The notes under the pieces are model-generated. The model had not been told where the DNA came from and did no database searches. It was given only the letters and a program-made list of their open reading frames with translations. From positions 1,056,001-1,120,000 of the forward strand of contig OZ244160.1 in NCBI GenBank assembly GCA_965216325.1: a stretch of 64,000 nucleotides of DNA, read 5' to 3'. Positions 59,323 through 64,000 of this stretch are shown in pieces. Both the position numbers and the translations under genes were made by a program. Each line of letters opens with the position of its first letter. The first letter of the stretch is position 1. The stretch comes from Coraliomargarita sp. Its GTDB lineage: Bacteria; Verrucomicrobiota; Verrucomicrobiia; Opitutales; Coraliomargaritaceae.

Positions 59323-61107
59323 ATGAAAACAGAAGAAGCTATCGAATTCCCGAAGCAGGACGAAATTGGTCCTGAAATGAAGGGCGCCGATGTCATGGTC
59401 GCCGCGCTCGAACGCGAGGGTGTGGATGTGGTGTATGCTTATCCAGGCGGCGCATCGATGGAGCTGCACCAAGCCCTCACCAAGAGTAAGACCATCCGCA
59501 CAATCCTGCCACGTATGGAGCAAGGCGGTGGTTTTATGGCACACGGCCATGCACGTGTAACAGGTAAGGCATCGGTCTGCATGGCAACATCCGGTCCAGG
59601 CGCAACGAACTTGGTCACCTGCATCGCAGACGCCTATATGGACAGCATCCCGCTGGTTGCGATCACCGGACAGGTGTATCAACAATTTATCGGTAAGACA
59701 GCCTTTCAGGAAACTGACTTCTACGGCATGACGCTACCGATCGTGAAGCACTCTTACCTTGTTCTGACCAAGGAAGACCTTCCACGCGTCATCAAGGAAG
59801 CCTTCCACATTGCACAGACGGGACGTCCTGGTCCTGTTGTGATCGACATCCCGAAGGACGTGCAGCAAGCGATTTTCGCTCCAACTTTCCCAGCAGAAGT
59901 CGATATCCCGGGGTACAAAGTCAACACCACCAAACCGGAAGCATCGGATGAGGAGCTCATCGAAGTTCTTGATTTGATCGGTGGTGCAAAGCGTCCGGTT
60001 CTCTATATCGGTGGTGGTATCATCTCTGGCGAGGCACACCAGGAAATGCGTGAATTCGCAGAACTGACTGGTTTGCCAGTTGCGTCCACACTCATGGGCC
60101 TTGGCGCATTCGACGCGGAGCATCCACAATCGCTCTACTGGTTCGGTATGCACGGCACCGTTGCTGGCAACTGGGCTGTTTGCGACAGTGACCTCCTGAT
60201 CTGTGCGGGCGCACGCTTCGATGACCGTATTACCGGCCTCGTTTCCAAGTTCGCACCGGATGCGACGATTGTTCACATCGATATCGATGGCTCTGAGCAC
60301 AACAAGAACAAGCGTGTTCAATACCCGATCCACTCCGACGTTAAGTATGCGCTGACTCGCCTGAACGAACTGGTGAAGGCTGGCAAGTTCAACAAGCCCG
60401 ACCTCAGTGACTGGTTCAACACGATCAACAAGTGGAAGGCAGAGCACCCATTCAGCTACGACAAGGGTGAGCACATTACCCAGCAAGAAGCGATCGAAGC
60501 GCTCTATGACGAAACCAAGGGTGACGCAATTATCACGACTGGTGTTGGGCAGCACCAAATGTGGGCAGCTCAGTTCTTCAAGTTCCGTGAGCCACGCACT
60601 TACATCAGCTCACTTGGCCTTGGCACTATGGGCTTCGGCCTGCCTGCTGCCATTGGCGCAAAGGTGGCTTGCCCGGACCGCGAGGTGATCAACATCGACG
60701 GCGACGGCTGTTTCATGATGAACATCCAGGAACTGGCGACTGCGAAGGTTGAGAAGATCAACGCAAAGACCATCATTCTGAATAACCAGCACCTTGGTAT
60801 GGTGGTTCAGTGGGAAGACCTCCTCTATGAAAGTGTCCGCGGTCAGACCATCCTTTGCGACAAGGACAACATCGGTGGCCCGGACAATGTCGACGCGATC
60901 TATCCGGACTTTGTTAAGATCTCTGAAGGTTTCGGTGTGAAGGCTCGTCGTGTTGTTAAGCGTGAAGACCTGCGCGACGCAATCAACGAGATGCTCGCAC
61001 ACGACGGCCCGTATGTTTTGGAAGTGATCGTCCCATACACTGAGCACGTCTTGCCGATGATTAAGCAAGGTCTCTCCGCGAAGGAAATTTTGCTCAAGTC
61101 CGAGTAA
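59323..61107 (+). CDS. ilvB: Acetolactate synthase large subunit
   Basis: [41 protein letters not shown]...NN. Confidence 0.96.
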   Translation: MKTEEAIEFPKQDEIGPEMKGADVMVAALEREGVDVVYAYPGGASMELHQALTKSKTIRTILPRMEQGGGFMAHGHARVTGKASVCMATSGPGATNLVTCIADAYMDSIPLVAITGQVYQQFIGKTAFQETDFYGMTLPIVKHSYLVLTKEDLPRVIKEAFHIAQTGRPGPVVIDIPKDVQQAIFAPTFPAEVDIPGYKVNTTKPEASDEELIEVLDLIGGAKRPVLYIGGGIISGEAHQEMREFAELTGLPVASTLMGLGAFDAEHPQSLYWFGMHGTVAGNWAVCDSDLLICAGARFDDRITGLVSKFAPDATIVHIDIDGSEHNKNKRVQYPIHSDVKYALTRLNELVKAGKFNKPDLSDWFNTINKWKAEHPFSYDKGEHITQQEAIEALYDETKGDAIITTGVGQHQMWAAQFFKFREPRTYISSLGLGTMGFGLPAAIGAKVACPDREVINIDGDGCFMMNIQELATAKVEKINAKTIILNNQHLGMVVQWEDLLYESVRGQTILCDKDNIGGPDNVDAIYPDFVKISEGFGVKARRVVKREDLRDAINEMLAHDGPYVLEVIVPYTEHVLPMIKQGLSAKEILLKSE

Positions 61108-61124
61108 GGCATACATTTTGCATC

Positions 61125-61158
61125 AAGCGGACACGCCGGCACGGCGTGTCCGCTTTTT
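61125..61158 (+). terminator. ilvB terminator
   Basis: AAGCGGACACGCCG-loop-CGGCGTGTCCGCTTTTT. Confidence 0.88.
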
Positions 61159-61207
61159 ATTTGCTCCCACCATAGCACATTCAGAAACCAACGACATAAA
61201 CGACACC

Positions 61208-62245
61208 ATGAACCGCAACACACTCCTCCCCCTTGGAGTTTCATTCTTTTTAAGTGCCATTAGCCTGTTAGCTGATGTGGTTACAACAGTCGACGGCGCA
61301 CGCCTAACCGGCACAATCACTCTAATCGATAAGGGCTCGATCCACATCGATACTCCCTATGCGGGGTCGATCGTGGTGAAGCAGGATCAGGTTTCTACTT
61401 TTGAGACCGAGTCACCTGTCGTCGTGCGTTTGGAAAGCGGCACGGTTATGGAGGGAGCGGTTGAATCCTCTACAGGCGGAAAGCTGAAAGTTGAGTCTGA
61501 GGACGGTGTGCTCGAAACCAACACCGCGAAGATCGCAGCGTCCTGGAATCCGTCTGCCGAAGATCCGGAAATTGTGCGCAACCGCAAGACCTGGAAGTAT
61601 GAGGCTGCGCTCAATCTCAATGGTAAAGAAGGTAATACGGATAAGTTCTACTTGGGAACTAGCCTCGCCGCGACACTTAAGGGGCCGGACGACGAGTTTC
61701 GCATTCGTGGTGAATACGAGCAAGGCGAAGAAAACAACAACAAGACCGATGACCGTGCGGCCGGTGGCGCTTCGTATGAGTCCTTTATGGGCGGCAAAAA
61801 GACGGGCTGGTATGTGCGCACGAATTTGGTGACTGATCCCATTAGTGACATCAAATTCCGCTCAACCTCTGCTGGCGGCCTCTCCTGCCGCTTCATCAAT
61901 AAAGACAACCAGAAGTTGATTGCTCGCGGCGGTTTGGGTTATCGCTTCACCGACTATGATAGCGACCGAGAGGATGATTCACAAGGCACCTTAGATACGA
62001 TCCTTGAGCACACTTACCAGTTTAACGACGACTTCTTCATGGAAAACTTGCTGGTTTACACACCGGCGATCGACGACTTCGGCGACTACACGGCCCTGCA
62101 TGACAGTGCGATCAAGATTCCAGTCGGTAGCGGTGAGAATTTCTGGATCCGTATGGGCATCAAGAACGAATACGAAAGTAAGACCTCCGCAGAAGAGAAG
62201 TTGGATACCAGTTACTACACCAAGCTGATCTACACCTGGGAGTAA
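61208..62245 (+). CDS. DUF481-family outer membrane beta-barrel protein
   Basis: Signal peptide, D.V...DG..LTG N-domain, GNTD, alternating beta strands, terminal YTW. Confidence 0.8.
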   Translation: MNRNTLLPLGVSFFLSAISLLADVVTTVDGARLTGTITLIDKGSIHIDTPYAGSIVVKQDQVSTFETESPVVVRLESGTVMEGAVESSTGGKLKVESEDGVLETNTAKIAASWNPSAEDPEIVRNRKTWKYEAALNLNGKEGNTDKFYLGTSLAATLKGPDDEFRIRGEYEQGEENNNKTDDRAAGGASYESFMGGKKTGWYVRTNLVTDPISDIKFRSTSAGGLSCRFINKDNQKLIARGGLGYRFTDYDSDREDDSQGTLDTILEHTYQFNDDFFMENLLVYTPAIDDFGDYTALHDSAIKIPVGSGENFWIRMGIKNEYESKTSAEEKLDTSYYTKLIYTWE

Positions 62246-62270
62246 TTGTCTAGTCAGGTTTACGCTGATG

Positions 62271-62299
62271 AAAGGTCACGTCTCGCACGTGGCCTTTTT
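62271..62299 (+). terminator. Intrinsic terminator
   Basis: AAAGGTCACGT-loop-ACGTGGCCTTTTT. Confidence 0.8.
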
Positions 62300-62303
62300 G
62301 CTG

Positions 62304-62370
62304 GTAGGGTTCGATATCCATATCGAACCGTTTAATCATTCTGACTGCGCGTTAAGGATAACGCGCCCTA
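62304..62370. repeat. Inverted pair of GTAG-type REP hairpins
   Basis: GTAGGGTTCGATATCCATATCGAACCG ... GCGCGTTAAGGATAACGCGCCCTA. Confidence 0.7.
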
Positions 62371-63417
62371 GCGCTTAACAGCAGGCTGGTGCTGGCTCAT
62401 GCAGTGAATCGCGCCGCCTTCGCGGATTATGTAGCTGCAATCGAAAGCGATGATCTCTCGGTCACTAAAGCAGTCACCGATGATCTCCAAGGCTTGCGCA
62501 TCGTGCTCAGGCTGATTGTAGGTTGGTACCAACACCGCGCCATTCAACACCAGATAATTCATGTAGCTCGCAGCTAATGGCTCACAATTTAGCTGCATCG
62601 GCTTGGGGAGTGGCAACTGCATTGAGGCAAATGGTTGTCCGGCAGTGGTTCGAAAGCTCCTCAAGCGGTCGAGATTCTCTTGCATGACCTCGAAGTTCGG
62701 ATCGTCCGGCGATTCGGCCTCGGCAATCAGAATTCCATCCTTTGCATAAAAGCGCGCCAGGTTGTCGATGTGCCCATCGGTATCATCGCCAGCAAGCCCA
62801 TCTCCTAGCCAGAGTGTCTCGCCGATTCCCAGGCCACTACGAAGCTTCGGCTCAAGATGTTGCTTGCGGATAGGACCGTTACGGTTCGGGTTTAATAAGA
62901 CAGCCTCAGTGGTCAGAATTTGTCCTGCTCCATTACTTTCAATGGCTCCACCTTCAAGGACGGTGTTGAAGGCGAAACGGCGAATCGACAACTGATCAGC
63001 GATCCATGCAGACGCTTGATTGTCCTTTTCTTGTCGGGGGAATTTATTGCCCCATGCGTTATACGTCCAGTCTGCCATGGCGAGGCTGGATCCATCTTCA
63101 CTTAGAAGGAACAAGGGACCAAAGTCACGGATCCACACGTCGTCACACTCGTAATCGTAGAGCTCGATGTTTGTGGGATCTCCCGCGCTATCCAGCAGGC
63201 CCTTGAGTTCATCTTGGGCGAATGCCGGACAGAGGATCCGAACGGTTTGAAAGCGTGCAGCCAGAACATAGAGGCTGGCGAGTTGAGGCTTCACTTTATC
63301 GAGCACGCCTTCCCAGAGGTCAGTGCGTGTAGGCCAGGCAAACCAGACGGCCTCCTGTGGTTCCCACTCTGCAGGGAATCGGTAACCGAGCTCTTTGGGT
63401 GTGTTAGGCTTAGACAT
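62368..63417 (-). CDS. aguA: Agmatine deiminase
   Basis: PAEWEP, WIRDFGP, LEGG, DDTDGHID, GGAIHCMSQ. Confidence 0.93.
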   Translation of the reverse strand: MSKPNTPKELGYRFPAEWEPQEAVWFAWPTRTDLWEGVLDKVKPQLASLYVLAARFQTVRILCPAFAQDELKGLLDSAGDPTNIELYDYECDDVWIRDFGPLFLLSEDGSSLAMADWTYNAWGNKFPRQEKDNQASAWIADQLSIRRFAFNTVLEGGAIESNGAGQILTTEAVLLNPNRNGPIRKQHLEPKLRSGLGIGETLWLGDGLAGDDTDGHIDNLARFYAKDGILIAEAESPDDPNFEVMQENLDRLRSFRTTAGQPFASMQLPLPKPMQLNCEPLAASYMNYLVLNGAVLVPTYNQPEHDAQALEIIGDCFSDREIIAFDCSYIIREGGAIHCMSQHQPAVKR

Positions 63418-63467
63418 GAGCGAGATAGAGACTTTAGAGGGACTTGGGTTCGGGTCAAGCGATGCGC

Positions 63468-64000
63468 TTACTGATCAATCATTCGCGCAGTGATATCCGT
63501 GTAACTGTCGATGCGGCGATCCCGGAAAAAGGGCCAAATGCGGCGCATGTCCTCTAGACCTTTCATGTCGCAGTCTGCAAACAGTATTGCCTCTTCGCTA
63601 ACCGGTGCACGCTCGACGACTTGGCCATAGTAGTCCGCGACAAACGACTGGCCCCAAAACTCAGTATCGGCCTCGATTCCTACACGGTTGACTGCGGCAA
63701 CGTAGCATCCATTTGCCACGGCATGCCCACGCTGAACCGTTTCCCACGCGGTGTGCTGGGCTTCTCCTAGCTCGTCCTTCTCTTCCGGAAGCCAGCCAAT
63801 GGCTGTTGGGTAAAAGAGGATTTCGGCACCTGACAGTGCTGCCATACGCGCTGCCTCGGGATACCATTGGTCCCAACAAATGAGCACGCCAATTTTACCA
63901 AATGCAGTGTCCCAGACTTTATACCCAAGGTCGCCGGGGGTGAAATAGAACTTCTCCTCAAAACCCGGATCCTGAGGAATGTGCATTTTGCGATACTTGC
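63468..64000 (-). CDS. aguB: N-carbamoylputrescine amidase (5' part outside the window)
   Basis: YRKMHIP..P.FEEKFYF, ICWDQWYPE, YPTAIGW; adjacent to aguA. Confidence 0.88.
   Translation of the reverse strand, partial: KYRKMHIPQDPGFEEKFYFTPGDLGYKVWDTAFGKIGVLICWDQWYPEAARMAALSGAEILFYPTAIGWLPEEKDELGEAQHTAWETVQRGHAVANGCYVAAVNRVGIEADTEFWGQSFVADYYGQVVERAPVSEEAILFADCDMKGLEDMRRIWPFFRDRRIDSYTDITARMIDQ

Overview
Bacterial chromosomal window. Gene content and intergenic repeat style suggest Verrucomicrobiota/Opitutales (inference only). It is mostly housekeeping: ppiD-like, dusB, rph, rpsA, a one-directional bioA-B-D-F-H-C operon, fabD, lepA-lepB, malQ, gyrB-gyrA, purC, three tRNA-Glu, manA, truC, rsfS-nadD, sufS-sufU, ilvB and aguB-aguA. 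Two mobile elements are clear. One is a class IIC group II intron (40170-42083) inserted right after the manA terminator. The other is an IS110/IS1111-family element (~53331-54803) inserted at the foot of a REP. Its ~335-nt 3' non-coding region folds into a stem/internal-loop whose two loop strands match the two flanks of its own insertion site (a bridge/seekRNA-like guide); this is the strongest finding. Other signals: a dif-like XerCD site at 27281-27308; an AT-rich orphan gene bracketed by 30-bp inverted repeats; a secreted Cys/Lys heptad-repeat microprotein; an unannotated Cys-rich small ORF ahead of a BioB with atypical auxiliary-cluster ligands; tRNA trailers that fold back over the CCA end; a putative split sensor/kinase pair; an RND efflux deletion scar; and several intergenic repeat families. 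All alignments and folds were done by eye.
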